Shown here: positions 26,143-46,087 of the stretch, piece by piece
Position numbering within the stretch: the stretch's first letter is position 1
How the letters are laid out: each line of letters opens with the position of its first letter
Assembly (NCBI GenBank): GCA_951406725.2
Contig: OX597821.1
Coordinates: forward strand, 93,124,001 to 93,188,000
DNA from: Octopus vulgaris
Lineage: Eukaryota
Reading direction: 5' to 3'
Length of the DNA stretch: 64,000 bases
Notes under the pieces: generated by a model
Databases searched by the model: none
Told to the model about the DNA's origin: nothing
Seen by the model: only the letters and a program-made list of their open reading frames with translations
Translations under genes and position numbers: made by a program

Positions 26143-28186
26143 TTTGAAATTATGTGTACTTAATAAGTGTTTGGCTTATTCCCACACTACTCAAAGTTAC
26201 AAATGCGAAGAAACGTCGCATCATTTGTTCGGAGTTTGTTTGTTTTTTTAAACTTTAAATTGCTTCAAGGTATTTAGGCCTTCGTTGATCAGTTCCGGTC
26301 ACGTACATTTGCCTACATTAGCAACACCAGTTCTTTCATTGAAAGTCCCATATTATAGAATAAACAGGATGTTCGTGTCAGTAACTCAACATTCAGCAGT
26401 GTTACTAAATCAGCGACATCAGTTCTTATGATTTACGCTACATGTGGTAAAACAGACAGGAATGTTGGCGTCAATTTTAGTTGGGACAGATTTTATAGTA
26501 TATATTATATTTATTATATGATTGTGTTAGATCGCATATGAAGTTGCGTGACCAGCATACGCTGTATCCCCAAGGGCAGCAGGAATTATATATCCTGACG
26601 TTGGGCATCAGCCAGCACTATCTGCATGTATTTCACCAATATACATTAGGGGAAAAAAACTGGTGATTTTCTTTAAAGGAGGTCCTTTGAGACGTTAATG
26701 CTGCATCAAGTTACGTCTGTATAACTCTCTTAACACTTTCAGCATTGTAAATCTATTGAAACACTGAGTGGTCTATTGGAAACCTGTGACCAACGGTACA
26801 AAATTTAAAAAATAAAACAAAACTGATTATGTTGCTTACTAATAACTCCAGGTGTTACGAGCAGTATATTTTTTTTTAATATTTTGTAAACTCAAGATAT
26901 TGAAAAGTATGAGGACGAATAGCACTCATATTTTACATTCTGAGAATTTAACACTTCTAAGAGTTACCAAACAGTGAAATACGTCCAATCCTCTAACAAT
27001 ACGGATACATTTTGAGGACTTGTAGAAATTATTCAATCCAAGAAAAAAATAGAGAGAAGCAATTAGAACATACAATTTTTCGTCATCATCTTCGTCGTCG
27101 TCGCCGTCGTCATCAGCATCATCAACAACAACACAACATTTGGTATTCCATGATAGGCGTAGAAAGTCAAGAAGTTTGCTTGCCAGCCACATGGTTTCGG
27201 GTTCAGTCCCACTGCGTGGAATCTTGAAAAAGTGACTCCTACTATCGCCCTCCATGCGGAGCCAATCAGAGGCGTGCAAGTGGGTTTGGTAGAGAGTAAC
27301 TCTATGTATGTATGCATGCATGCATGTGTGTATGTATGCATGCATGCATGTGTGTATGTATGTATGTATGTATGTATGTATGTATGTATGTATGTATGTA
27401 TGTATGTATGTATGAATGATTTTTTAAAATTTTTAGTTATATTTGAGAGAGTTCAAGCCGGTAGCTCACATAAGAATATCAAATGGAGAATTTTTCGAAT
27501 GTCTTACAGATCTTCACCGTGTCACTAATAGACTGGATTTGGAGAATCCGCGTCAGTTTCTTTTGCGCTTTCTCGGTGAAACCGAATATTTCTAGGATTT
27601 TGTACAACAATGTTGGTACACATCCTAATGTACCTGTGAAAATAGGTAAGAGCTGTATGTTCCGCTTTAATTCTTCTGTTCCCTGTCACGCAGAATAATA
27701 TCAGGTATGTTATGTTCGCATCGAATTGATGATTTTATGAAGGTATTCTGCCAGTATTCCTTGTTTCTAAAGGTGTGAATACCTGCTGGTTCTGACATGC
27801 CTTTGACGTGTACGACAGGACAATCCTTCCCGCGAAAAGCATTGTAAATAGTCGTGTAACTATATCATACCTCAGAGGCAGGTAATATCTCGCAGACAGT
27901 GTGTGTGTGTGTGTATGTGTGTAAAAAAATGCAGAGTAGTTCCACAATGCAATATAAATATACAGAAAGATGTCAGAAATCTTATATATGCAACAGACTA
28001 TTTCTGAGAAATATCGTATTTGCTGCACACATATAGTATATGTCAGCAAAGCTTTATATATAACACACAGCTATATGCCGCAAATATATATATGCGCCAC
28101 TGCCCTATATACATCAGCTTGCTATATGCCACTGAAAAGCTATATATGCAACAGATAATATACACGAAGAAGAGAAACTGCATATA

Positions 28187-28807
28187 TTTGGTTGTCCGGA
28201 ATGTTCGTGCCGATTTAGTAACTTATCTTTCGACTTATTTTAGAATATGGTCGAGTCCATAAAATAGGATTTGACTACGCATCTATTCAGAGCACAGTTT
28301 AAGCTATTTTTAACCCTTTAAAATGGAAGATAAGAAAGTTCCCTTTTGGCACTTGATGCTTTGGGAACCAGACAAAAATTGCTACAGCTCAGCTGGAATG
28401 TGTTACCTCACCCTCCATATTCACCAGATATTGCTCCTTCGGATTTCCACGTATTCAGGTCTCTCCAGAATAGTCTTAATGGTAAAAATTTCAATTCCTT
28501 GGATGACGTAAAAAGATACCTTGATGAATTCTTTGCCACGAAACCACCTCAATTCTGGGAAGAGGGTATTTTCAAGTTAAAGGAAAGATGGAGACGCATT
28601 GTGCTACAAAATGGTTCATATTTGGTTCATTAAAAATGTAATGGCAAGTATTTATTGACATTAGAGGGTATTTTCAAGTTAAAAAAAAGATGGAGACGCA
28701 TTGTGCGACAAAATGGTTCATATTTGGTTGATTAAAAATGTAATGGCAAGTATTTATTGACCTTTTTCTTTCCTTTAAAAATCGGCACGAACTTTCCGGA
28801 CCACCCA
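28187..28807 (+). mobile_element. Internally deleted mariner with both TIRs
   Basis: 29-bp TIRs (ttggttgtccggaatgttcgtgccgattt / aaatcggcacgaactttccggaccaccca, 3 mismatches). N-terminal MEDKKVPFWHLMLWE is joined to C-terminal LPHPPYSPDIAPSDFHVFRSL...ERWRRIV. Confidence 0.95.
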
Positions 28808-29059
28808 TGACAATCTGTTCTTTAAAACGTCTGCATATTCACAGGTATTGGCAATGTTAAGTATGTCTCGCTGACACAAAAGAAAAGCCACTATAAAGTG
28901 ATCCCTGTAAATGAGTGTCAACTAATTCTAGATATTAAAAAAAAAGGGGGTCTTGCAGAGAAACAATCAATACTGAAATAGTTGGCTTTTAAGTTGTGAT
29001 TATCACTTTGCGTATTTGAATGTGTCTGTGTCCTATCCTTTAAAAGAGCTGATGGCGTA

Positions 29060-34862
<5,803 letters not shown>

Positions 34863-35329
34863 AAGAATTCTCTTTCGTCGATTTCAACTTTTGAACCGCC
34901 AGTTGTTCGCATTACTGGACGCCAGATCTCATGGTTGTGGAGCGAAATTTTTTACCTTTTAGCCAGGCCTTTTGTCTCAGACACGAACCCACTGCGTGGT
35001 ATCTCGAGTAAATGTTTTCACCACTGACTCAAGTCGATACAATACTTGTGAGGAAAACTGGGGTGATAGAAACTTTAGAATCCTGTCAGATAGATTGTAC
35101 ATATAACTCAAAGTTTTGGCTTAATCATATTGCGTCACGCTGATGCTGCCTGCGAATTTTGTTAAGGAGATATGACTCTGCGGAATACTCTGCCACTTCT
35201 CGTGCTAATTGAATGAGTAAGGAGTCCAGTAACTGAATAACTAGACGCTCACACCTGAAAATTGACAGGAGAGTCAATCACATACAGAAACACGCTCGCG
35301 CGCACACATAATCTAAGACAGAGAATTTC

Positions 35330-35760
35330 CATTGATGTTTTCACAACGGAACTCTATTTAAGCCATATTACATTTAATCTGGTGTGAACCAAGATTCGGT
35401 CGTATTTTTCAAACCCTTTCTTCTGTACATTAATGATATACTTGCTAATAATGTCCTACGCAGATAACATCGCTTTTTATTCCAGTCACATCAGCTCTAG
35501 GCATATAGCAAGAAAAGTGCCTCTCACTTTAGATCGAATTACAGCTTTCTGTTACCCTAATCGTTGGTCAGAATCTACAGATAGATTTTAGTACAGCGTA
35601 ACAATGAAACAAAACATGTTAACACCTCATTAATTATTTAATAATCGGACGACTGCATTGTACATGCAAATTCGTATCCCTATTTTAATTAAACCCATGG
35701 TATTCATCTTGACTTAAACCCATAAGTTTAAAAGCAATATTTCCATGAACTGTCAAAGAA
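35330..35760 (+). mobile_element. Decayed LINE reverse-transcriptase fragment
   Basis: SGVNQDSV...FLLYINDI...SYADNIA, equivalent to GVPQGSV / F.LY.ND / YADD. Confidence 0.65.
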
Positions 35761-36089
35761 GGTATACAGTCGCTAGTGAAATGCCATCATGAATTTGAAA
35801 TTAATTCATCGTTTTTCTTTCCATGAAGATTCTGAACATACAGACAAGGTTTTACATGTCTGTTACGTTAGTTGGTAACGAAATCTGTAGAGATATTCTC
35901 TGGGACACTACAGTGTTGAAAGAAAATACTTTTAATGCACCAGAAATTTATGTCTTGTGTAAGGTGTGTTACTACAAGAGACTAGAATGATGGTTGGGGT
36001 TTTTTTTCCAGTATAATTTTATCGGTTTATTAGAATATTGTGCTCTTATTAGCAAATTTCATCATCAAAATCTCTTAAATGGTGCAGCC

Positions 36090-37010
36090 AGTCGTTGGGG
36101 ATACCACTCTCCACTCTAGACGCTTTTATATTCAACCTTCGCCACTGCTCTCTGTTCTCTGTCATGTGTAGCAGGTTCGCAGTGTTGTTACTTGTCCAGT
36201 CCTTGATGTTGTAAAACTAGGATTTTCTCTATCTGCATCTGTTTCGCCCTTCCTCAACAGTGCCTTGAAGAATGGTTTTGGACAAGGTGTTGTGGCGAAA
36301 TACCTGGCCGTACCAGGCAAACTTTCGTCTTTTTTACTTGCGCTAGGAGTGGTTGTTGTCTCCAGCGTTTTTGTTGACTTGCTGTTTCACAAGGCTGTTC
36401 ATTTTGTGTTCTATTTAAGGGATGTATAGTAGCTTTCTGAAACACTTGTGCTCAAACGCCTGGATTCTTCGCTCCATGACAGCTGTAAGAGTCCAGCTCT
36501 CACACCCATACGATTTGTACACAGAGACTTGTTGGAAATCTAACGGAACTGCTTTTCTGTATGATGTTCATTTTCATCATGGCAGCAAAGGTTAAACTTA
36601 GTCTTATTATTTCTTTTGAAGATCTATCATCCTTGGTTAAAGTAGTTCTTAAGTACTTGAAGGCGTCCACTTCGCCAGTTCTTTCTCCATTCAGTATAAT
36701 GTTGGCTGCTATGCTTTGATTATTGCTATTAACTGTTGTACCTGTATTTCAAAGGGCCGGCCTTGTCACTCTCTGTGTCACGCTGAATATCCCCGAGAAC
36801 TACGTTAAGGGTACACGTGTCTGTGGAGTGCTCAGCCACTTACATGTTAATTTCACGAGCAGGCTGTTCCGTTGATTCGGATCAACCGGAACCCTCGTCG
36901 TCGTAACCGACGGAGTGCTTCCATCCAACTATGTTCTTTCACTTTTCTGGGTTGATCTCCATCCTATATGTTCCCGTTCCTTCTCCAGTTTGGTGGTGAA
37001 CACCCGTAGC
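36090..37010 (-). mobile_element. RTE-clade LINE 3' fragment
   Basis: Minus strand YGCESWTL...IQAFEHKCFRKLL...PLLAQVK..KFAWYGQVFRHNTLSKTILQGTVEEG...DWT...REQWRRL. Confidence 0.85.
36735..36926 (+). mobile_element. 5'-truncated OR-type SINE (tail X only), inserted in the RTE relic
   Basis: gttgtacctgtatttcaaagggccggcc...gacggagtgcttccatcc closely matches the tails at 47985 and 56159. Confidence 0.92.
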
Positions 37011-37819
37011 TAATTTAGCCGCCTGTAAATTTATTTGAAGGGATGTATTTATAGACATAGAGAGTTTGGTTGCTGCCGTTCTCATGATTTTAGTGGAGCA
37101 AGATAAACCACTTGGTTGATGATGGGAGGAAAGAAGAAATTATATTTTGAAGAACAGTCACCTCTAAATGTAGTGCATCAGTATTGGAATATCATATATG
37201 AATAAGAAATGGAGTAAACAGTACACCAAGATCAACGGATTCTGATAATTAATGTAGCATAGGTTAAACCTAGACCAAACATTTACAGTCAAAATTGTAC
37301 GATAAAAATTAAGATTTCGAAGTAAGAAAAATTTAACATCGGATTAATATAAATGTGTTATAATGATGCCTTAGAGAGAAAGAGAGTGGAGAGGAGGTGG
37401 AGGTGGAGGAGGAGGAAGACTGAAGAAAGAGAATGAGTGTATGTGCAAGTGATTGTGCGTGTGATGTGTGTGCGTAGTGTAGTGTGTGCGTGTGCATGTG
37501 TGTGTGTGTGGTTGTGTGGTTGTGTGTGTTCAGATCACTGCTTCCTGTTGTCTGAAACGACAATAACACAAACAGACATCCACAGACAAAGACAAATTCC
37601 TCCACTTCTAGTTCATGCTTCTAAGTAGCTGTAACCATTGTTGTGCGGTGAAAGACGCATGAAGAATATAATACAATGCCGCAAACGAAAACTGATGCAC
37701 GCAATGCACGTCTGATTGCCAAGTGCACATAATTATAGACCATTGATAACTTGTACGTTTGTCTGTTGCCCATTTAACTCAACAAATGTATGATGGGAAC
37801 TTCAAATAAAGCGCTGTTT

Positions 37820-37857
37820 CACATCACCATGTCGACGATGACAACAATAACGACGTC

Positions 37858-37888
<31 letters not shown>

Positions 37889-38026
37889 GCCATCATCATC
37901 ATCGTCGTCATCATCATCATCATCACCATCATCGTCATCATCATCGTCGTCATCATCATCATCATCATCATCAACATCATCATCATCATCATCATCATCG
38001 TCATCATCATCATCATCATCGTCATC

Positions 38027-38058
<32 letters not shown>

Positions 38059-38063
38059 CATCG

Positions 38064-38110
<47 letters not shown>

Positions 38111-38141
38111 GTCATCATCATCATCATCATCATCATCATCG

Positions 38142-38199
<58 letters not shown>

Positions 38200-38313
38200 G
38201 AAGAACATCATCCTCCGTCTATTCTAAATCATCATCATCATCATCATCATCGTCATCATCATCATCAGGAAGATCATTTCCTCCACCTATTCTAAATCCT
38301 CCTTCTACTGTTT

Positions 38314-38359
<46 letters not shown>

Positions 38360-39230
38360 ACATCATGAAGAACATCATCCTCCGTCTATTCTAAATCATC
38401 GTCGTCGTCGTCGTCATCTTGTTGTTGCCGTTATAAGAGCGAATGTATGGAAATGTAAACGGCTCTATGAAACAATTGTTTACAGACGTAAATATTTTAC
38501 AAATACATTCATCAACGAGCGTGAAACCGATGGTGACTCTTTCACCAGTTCGATGGTAGCGAAAACAATGACTCTCATCACAGCTATGACAGTGATGACG
38601 GCAATTATAATGACGACGACGATAACTTTAGTGATGATGATGATGGTGGTGGTGGTGGTCCTCGTCGTCGTCGTCGTTGTGGTCGTGGTGGTGGTCGTCG
38701 TGGTGGTTGTGGTGGTCGTGGCAGTGGTGGTGGTGGTGGTCGTCGTCGTTGTCGTGGTGGTGGTAATGGTCGTCGTCGTGGTGATGGTGGTGGCGGCGGT
38801 GGTGGTGGTGGTGGTGGTGATGGTGGTGGTGGTGGTGATGGTGGTGGTGGTGGTCGTCGTCGTGGTCTTGGTGGTCGTGGTCGTGGTGGTCGTGGTCATG
38901 GTGGTCGTGGTGGTGGTCGTGGTGGTGGTGGTGGTCGTGGTAGTGGTGGTGGTAGTGGTCACCGTGGTCGTGGTCGTGGTGATCGTAGTGGTAGTGGTGG
39001 TGGTGGTGGTGGTGGTTGTAATAACGGTAACAATGATGATGTTAGTGAGAGCAACAGTAACGACGACGACAACGATAAAGAGGATGATGATGTTGACGAT
39101 TATGATGATGATGATGATTATGATGATGATGATGATGATGACGATTATGATGATGATGATGATGATTATGATGATGATGATGGCGAGAACGATAACAGCG
39201 ACGATGACGACGTCAATGATGAAGTGTTCT
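37820..39230. repeat. Trinucleotide field (GAT)n/(CAT)n/(GGT,GTC)n
   Basis: Directly visible. Includes three copies of a ~35-bp unit gaagaacatcatcctccgtctattctaaatc. Confidence 0.95.
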
Positions 39231-39389
39231 GCTGAGATGATTAAGTGGATGTAGCAGTTAACAGGTAACTGCTTAGGAGGGAAAAATCTAGCTAACCGCA
39301 CTCCGAGTTAAGCAGAAAGGGATAATATACATATATAAATGCTTCATAAATTGAAATTACATCCGTAATGAAGGGAATTTCATTAGCTT

Positions 39390-39806
39390 TAACTCTTTAC
39401 TCTTTACTCTTTTACTTGTTTCAGTCATTTGACTGCGGCCATGCTGGAGCACCGCCTTTAGTCGAGCAACTCGACCCCAGAACTTATTCTTTGTAAACCC
39501 AGTACTTATTCTTTCGGTCTCTTTTGCCGAACCGCTAAGTGACGGGGACGTAAACACACCAGCATCTGTTGTCAAGCAATGCTAGGGGGACAAACACAGA
39601 CACACAAACACACACACGCACACATATATATATACATATATACGACAGGCTTCTTTCAGTTTCCGTCTACCAAATCCACTCACATGGCATTGGTCGGCCC
39701 GGGGACTATAGCAGAAGACACTTGCCCAAGATGCCACGCAGTGGGACTGAACCCGGAACCATGTGGTTGGTTAGCAAGCTACTTACCACACAGCCACTCC
39801 TGCGCC
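39390..39806 (-). mobile_element. Full-length OK-like SINE
   Basis: Complete from the (ctctttta)n tail to the cctgcgcc head. Confidence 0.95.
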
Positions 39807-39935
39807 CATTTTTGTTAAAAAATGCATGGAGGATAACTCCGAAATCTGGATAAGAAATGACATGGTGGCATGCAGTGAGGAATAGGTTAGATTTCAATAA
39901 ATGCAACTTAGGATATGTTTGAATCTTATTAGACA

Positions 39936-40331
39936 CTAGCAGTATCGCCCGGCGTTGCTCGGGTTTGTAAGGGAAATAACTATATAAGCATTTTTAGAGA
40001 TGTAAAGTATAATAGCCATCTCAATATGGCTAACCACAAAGGGGGGGTGTTACTGTAGCTTTTTACGTTCTGAGATTTAATAATACATTTTTAGAGAGTT
40101 ACTTCCCTTATATAAACCGAGCGAAAATGCATTAAAAATACGGAAAAATTATGGTAATTTTTTTTTAAATCGTAGACTCATCGTAGACGCGCGCTAATAC
40201 CCAGAAGGGCTCGATATGAATCACGACTATAAGATACCCGCTTTTGGTTAAACTGCACCGCAAAATGTGGGAGTAGTTAGGAATCTAAATCGTAGGAGAC
40301 AGACACACAACTTGACTTTTATATATAAAGA
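39936..40331 (-). mobile_element. Non-autonomous Helitron (longer form)
   Basis: Same A|TC...hairpin-CTAG|T termini as 9978-10284, plus a 97-bp extra segment. Confidence 0.92.
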
Positions 40332-40559
40332 TTATCAGCCAATCACAAATCAGACTTTAGAATGAATATATCACGAATGACTGAGAGGAGAAAGATTTTG
40401 AGTACAAAAAATTCACTGAATGGACAATCTAAAAGAGCGACATGAGAATTTTTTTCAGAAATATCTTCAGCATGAAGAAATCTATAGTTAAGTGCAGACT
40501 AACATGAAGCAAGTAGTGTGTGAAATACATGTTCCATTAATTAACAAAGCAATTAACAA

Positions 40560-40783
40560 AGTCACGAGGGCCGGATTCCCAGTTTTATGACGTATAAGTT
40601 CTCCACCTGGACAGGACGCCGGTCCGTCGCTGTATTACTCAATTTTGCCAGCTGAGTGAACCGGAGCAGCGTAAAATTAAGTGTTTCGCTCAGGAACACA
40701 ATGCGTTGCCTGGTCCAGGAATCGAAACCACAATCTTATGATCATGAGTCCAGTACAATAACTACTATGCCAAGCGCCTCCAC
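40560..40783 (-). mobile_element. OR2-like CORE-type SINE with tail Y
   Basis: Minus strand gtggaggcgc head, ggtttcgattcc B-box, CORE-like block, then gagtaatacagcgacggaccggcgtcctgtccagg. Confidence 0.8.
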
Positions 40784-40949
40784 ATTAATTAGAATGCTCC
40801 AGTGATAAAATCGATAGCCATTAGCATTACTTATTTCATGCATCACTCAATTGCCTAATACTTTGTTGCATAGTTAAATATGTGCACACTAATATTTTGA
40901 TAGCATCACCAAACCCCATCCTCTAATAGTTCAACTTTTTATGGGTTAA

Positions 40950-41513
<564 letters not shown>

Positions 41514-42589
41514 ATAATGTTGAACTCACGTATTTTATTCGGTTTGGTATTTTCTGGCGGAGAAGAGGAATGAAAGCGACCAGTATCTTTTCCAAGACTT
41601 TTGATGCATGGTACGAAAAAAGGATGAAGTTATTCTCATACTGGAGACCTCGTGAATTGGCTGCACCTAAGACCTTCTTCAAGTTCTTCAAGACTTGTGG
41701 GAAGATGGAAGGTAGTTTAACTCGAACGGAATGTCTGACCTAAGTGCTTAGAACGAAGTGGACTTTACTAAAGGTATGGAGTAATCGTATTAAACAAGGT
41801 GGTGAATTCGGTTTAGCACCCAAGAATCGAACGGCAATCGTCTAGACAGGCTTCCACACAGCTTCCATCGACTAAATTTTATAATTTCACGAAGTATTAC
41901 ATGACCTGAAACGATAGCAGAGCATAATTTTCCGAAAAGCCACTCAGTACTATTGAACCTGAAACTGCGTAACTTCAAATTGAAATTCTTAACAGCACGG
42001 CCATATCTGTAACCATACACTAAGTCTCAAAAATATTAGAGATTGTCCCCGCTGAAAACACATTTTATTATATGCATGAAAGAAGACTGACCTGCAGCTA
42101 AGCAACAACTATAGCTACTACAGCTACTATTACGACTACGACTGCTGCTGCCTCTACATATTATATGTTACAAAATACAGTAAAAAAACACGTGACAAGC
42201 ACAAAATAAAACAACCTCAAATTTTTATCAATATTTTGTAGTATTCTTTTTTACGTTTGTATTGCTATTTTTTTTTTATATTTATATATTTTGACACCTC
42301 GCTCCGCCACTCCACATCTGTTTTGCTTTTTTTTTGCTTTTTTTTATTACATTCCAAACATTCTCCACTTTTCTTGCAGTTACTTTCATCTGATTAGGCT
42401 ATATTATTTGTTTGTAGTCGTGGGGGTGTAAGAAGAGAGGCAGGGGTCGCATCCTGCAATGGTGCTAGACGGAAGTTGCATCAGGGTTTCGATAGTTAAC
42501 AGAACAAAAAATATATTGATTAATCAATTAGGAGAGAGAGAGAGAGAGATGCTTGGAGAAATTCCAGAAAATATTTCAGCACACACTGA

Positions 42590-42638
<49 letters not shown>

Positions 42639-42759
42639 GGTCTTATTTATATTACGTGCTTTCACTGCAAAGCCGATAACAGTTCTGTATTTCTTGGTTA
42701 CATTAATAGTTTTGTTCTAGTTTTGTATCTTTTCTATTGTCAGGACTCTACGTAATGTG

Positions 42760-44300
42760 CATGCGGTGTTTAATAGTGCTATTTACTGTTTGTTGTACTT
42801 CTGCTCTGTTGTTGTAAATTCTAGTGCTTTTGTTTATGTATTTGCATACTTTTTAATCCTTTCCAAAGCACCTATCGTCAGAGGAATTCTTTCTGCTTTC
42901 ACTCTGTACATACTGGTTATCTCTACTTCTAGCTCTTTATATCCGTGTGTTTTTCTTTTTCCTTTTGATATACATTATTGTCAGTTGGGTTTGATATTTC
43001 CATTAGGAGGCTCTTTCTTTACTTATGTTCCTTGACAACATATCCAACCGATTAGCTTTGATTTTCCTGTCTATGCAGATTGGTATATCGCAGATTATGG
43101 ACACTTTATTTCATTCTCTGAAGCTTTTTCTGGTGACTGTTGCTGGGATTTCATAATGATGGCATAATTCCCATAAAAATGTCATAATAAAAACCCCCAA
43201 CTTTCCTATGACTACAGATGTATTCCCACTTGACTATGACTGGGCGACCAGAGATAATAAGGTTGTTTCTTCCCCAGCCCAATATATTCTACCCGTACGT
43301 AATCTGCTCAGATCCACCATTTGTTTCAATGAAAAGGGTTTGATATTTTGAATCTTCCGGTCATAGTTTTGAGGTCTCCCTTCCCCAGTCACTGCTGCGA
43401 TTTTTCTTTGTCGGTTCAACCAGATCAGTTTTTAACGTAATTGCCATGGTAGAAGCTTTTCTTGACATTGTTTCATCATAGAACGATGTGGTTCAGTCTT
43501 TAGCCTTTTCGCAATTTATTATTGTTTCTTCTTGCTTATCCCAAATGTAACCTTAGTTCAGCTTCAGTTTTGTATTTCCAGGTTTCTTTTAAAAGGGAAT
43601 AAAACTTTGTTCGAATTTTGTACCTATTTATATTGGTTTTTCTATTGTTATTTTACTAAATGTTTGTGCAATATTTTAGTTGCATGAGTCCATCCATATC
43701 TTCGTATATTCGTGGTAAATATACTTTTTTCTAAGCCAAGCGCTAAATTATTAATTCGTAATGCAGTTACTATTTTACTTCACTTTCTGTCTAGTATGGC
43801 TAATTCAATTAGCATTCATTTGAAAATATTATAACTTAATACTGGGACAGCAAGAGTATTGATAGCAGTTGTTTTACTTTTGGCATTTAGTTCTGCTTTA
43901 AATATTTATCTAATGCGTCTAAATATTACTTCTTAACCATTTCATGTATGTGGGTTGCACTCTGTCTTGTTCATTGACACTTAAAGTTTGTGTCCTATCT
44001 ATACTTTCACTTCTGTTTCTTTATCTAACTTGATATTAGTATTTCTAATAACTGAATTCTTTTCCAGGTTCCCTTGGTGCATTTCTGTAACACAAATCCC
44101 ATACCAGTTGCTGTCGAAATTTCCTGTACTCTTTACAGAAAGTGTATTTGTCTGTCGTCTGCGCGTTCGACAAAAAATGGTTGATTAAGCTTCCATAATA
44201 TTTGTATCCTATCCCAGTCTCGTTTAACGTTTTGGTTGAAAGTGTTAGTGCCAGTCTAGATTAGATTATTATAACATTTTTTCGTCTGTAACTGTACAAT
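42760..44300 (-). mobile_element. Heavily decayed R4/Dong-type non-LTR retrotransposon
   Basis: Minus strand FKAELNAKSKTTAINTLAVPVLSY matches the L.SELNA.NK..AIN..AVPV..Y motif. Many stops. Confidence 0.7.
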
Positions 44301-44699
44301 TATTTACTATTTTTCCCATGATGTGCTTTTAATATATCTGCTTATTACTTTACTCATGGCTGACATTTCCAAGTCAACATCATTTTTCATCATTCCTGGG
44401 CCAATAAAACAAAGTTCCAGTAAAATACTGGTGTCGATGATATTGGCTAACATTCCTCTCCGCAATCTTTGGTGTACTGTGCTTAAATTAGAAACAATTA
44501 TTACACCTACAGCAATCTGACTAACAACAGCCGACCAAAATCCACAAACAATACAACACTCATAAAGACAAATAAAAAATAACTCATTGCCAAAATACTC
44601 GAATAAACTAACACGTCGAACAATAAGCAGCATTAAAAAGTAAACCTTGGCACATAACACAGACACACACACACACACACACAGGTAAAAGCAATTATT

Positions 44700-45600
44700 C
44701 ATTTAAAATTAACACGTTCTCTCCAGTAAACTAAACAAACAAAATCTCTTTAATTAGCTTATCAGACAATACGAATAAGCCATATCAATCCCCAGCTTAT
44801 GAAAATATCTCTTCATACTAATCAAAACAAATTCCAGACATGCCGACAAAAACTGATAAATTATAAACAAGAATACGAGGATGGGTGTTCAACTCGCAAG
44901 ATAGAACAAATCTTGAGCACAACATTCACACACATACAGACAGACAGACAGACAGAAACTCAAACATACGTACTCTACAAAATTTCAAAATCATATGACC
45001 CAATGAAATAGCCAAAAATCTTTAATTTGTGTCTCAACGTAACTCACTTTAAAAAAAATATTCATTCCTAACCAAACAAAATCCTAAAAAAAATTCACAC
45101 AAGTTACTCAACCATGAAATATCTCATGCAATATAAGAAATTCTTCAAAAATAATTAAAAAGGTTTTGAATGTGATTCACGGTTAGATTCACACCAAATA
45201 GACAAACCATTAAAATTCCCTGATCATCACCATAATGAAATCCTCGTCTGCAGAACCTTACCAATGCGACAATATTCATGAACATTATACAATACATAAC
45301 AAAGAAAACTTCTCAAAAAGCATACCAGAATGAATTTTACCAAAAGAAAAATTAGATTAATTTCATTAAAAAAAACATTTAAAATATTCTCCTCAAGTTA
45401 AATATACGATAAAATAATGAGAGAAAATAATAGCATATCAACAAATACAAACCAATTAACAAGCAAAAGAAGCCATACCTACCACGCCAACGATTATAAA
45501 GATACCCACAAACCAATTTGTAACAGCTCTCACCTGAAGATCGTACTTGCTTGAAACTCGGGTCGTGAGATAAATATTCAGTTTCAATAAAGGCATGAAT
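44700..45600 (+). mobile_element. Decayed Penelope-like element 3' region
   Basis: A/C-rich coding-like relic (FNLCLNVTHF at ~45020) ending in a hammerhead motif. The family call rests mostly on the ribozyme. Confidence 0.45.
45528..45570 (+). ncRNA. Type I hammerhead ribozyme candidate with eroded stem II
   Basis: Stem I TCTCAC/GTGAGA (6/6); CTGAAGA; 12-nt poorly pairing stem II; GAAAC-TCGG-GTC. Confidence 0.65.
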
Positions 45601-46087
45601 ACTCCTCATGCATTCGTTTGACAAAATTCCTCATTCGTACTCATATACACATGCACACATATACATGCACAAAGAAAAACAGACAGACAGTATGGCTGAC
45701 CTCTTGTAACGGAGAAAGATCGTCATTGACTAATACCTATGCGAAATGCCAGCAATTCCCGTGCATGAGGTTATTGTACCAGCAGTCGGTTTCACCCGGT
45801 TTTGCGTCAGGCGGCTTCCATACTCGACCGGGCATTGGATAGTTGCCTCGACGGCGAGTACACAACCTAAACTTGTAGGTTCAATAAGGCTTGCACAGAG
45901 CTTCGCAGACCCTCTCCACCCTACCGACATATTTCAGATAAAAGACAGTGCAAGATATCCAGCACCAATATAGGTCACCAGCTCAGAAATGTGGGAGCGA
46001 TATAATCTTCAGCGCAAGCAAAAGATCCCCAAAAGGCTCAACGCCATTCTTTGCTTATCGGCTTTTATATCAGAGTGACCTACTCCT

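Noticed and set aside
37790-39301. Long poly-I/M/T/V ORFs (mucin-like 273 aa)
   Set aside because: Trinucleotide repeats open on both strands; no signal of real coding.
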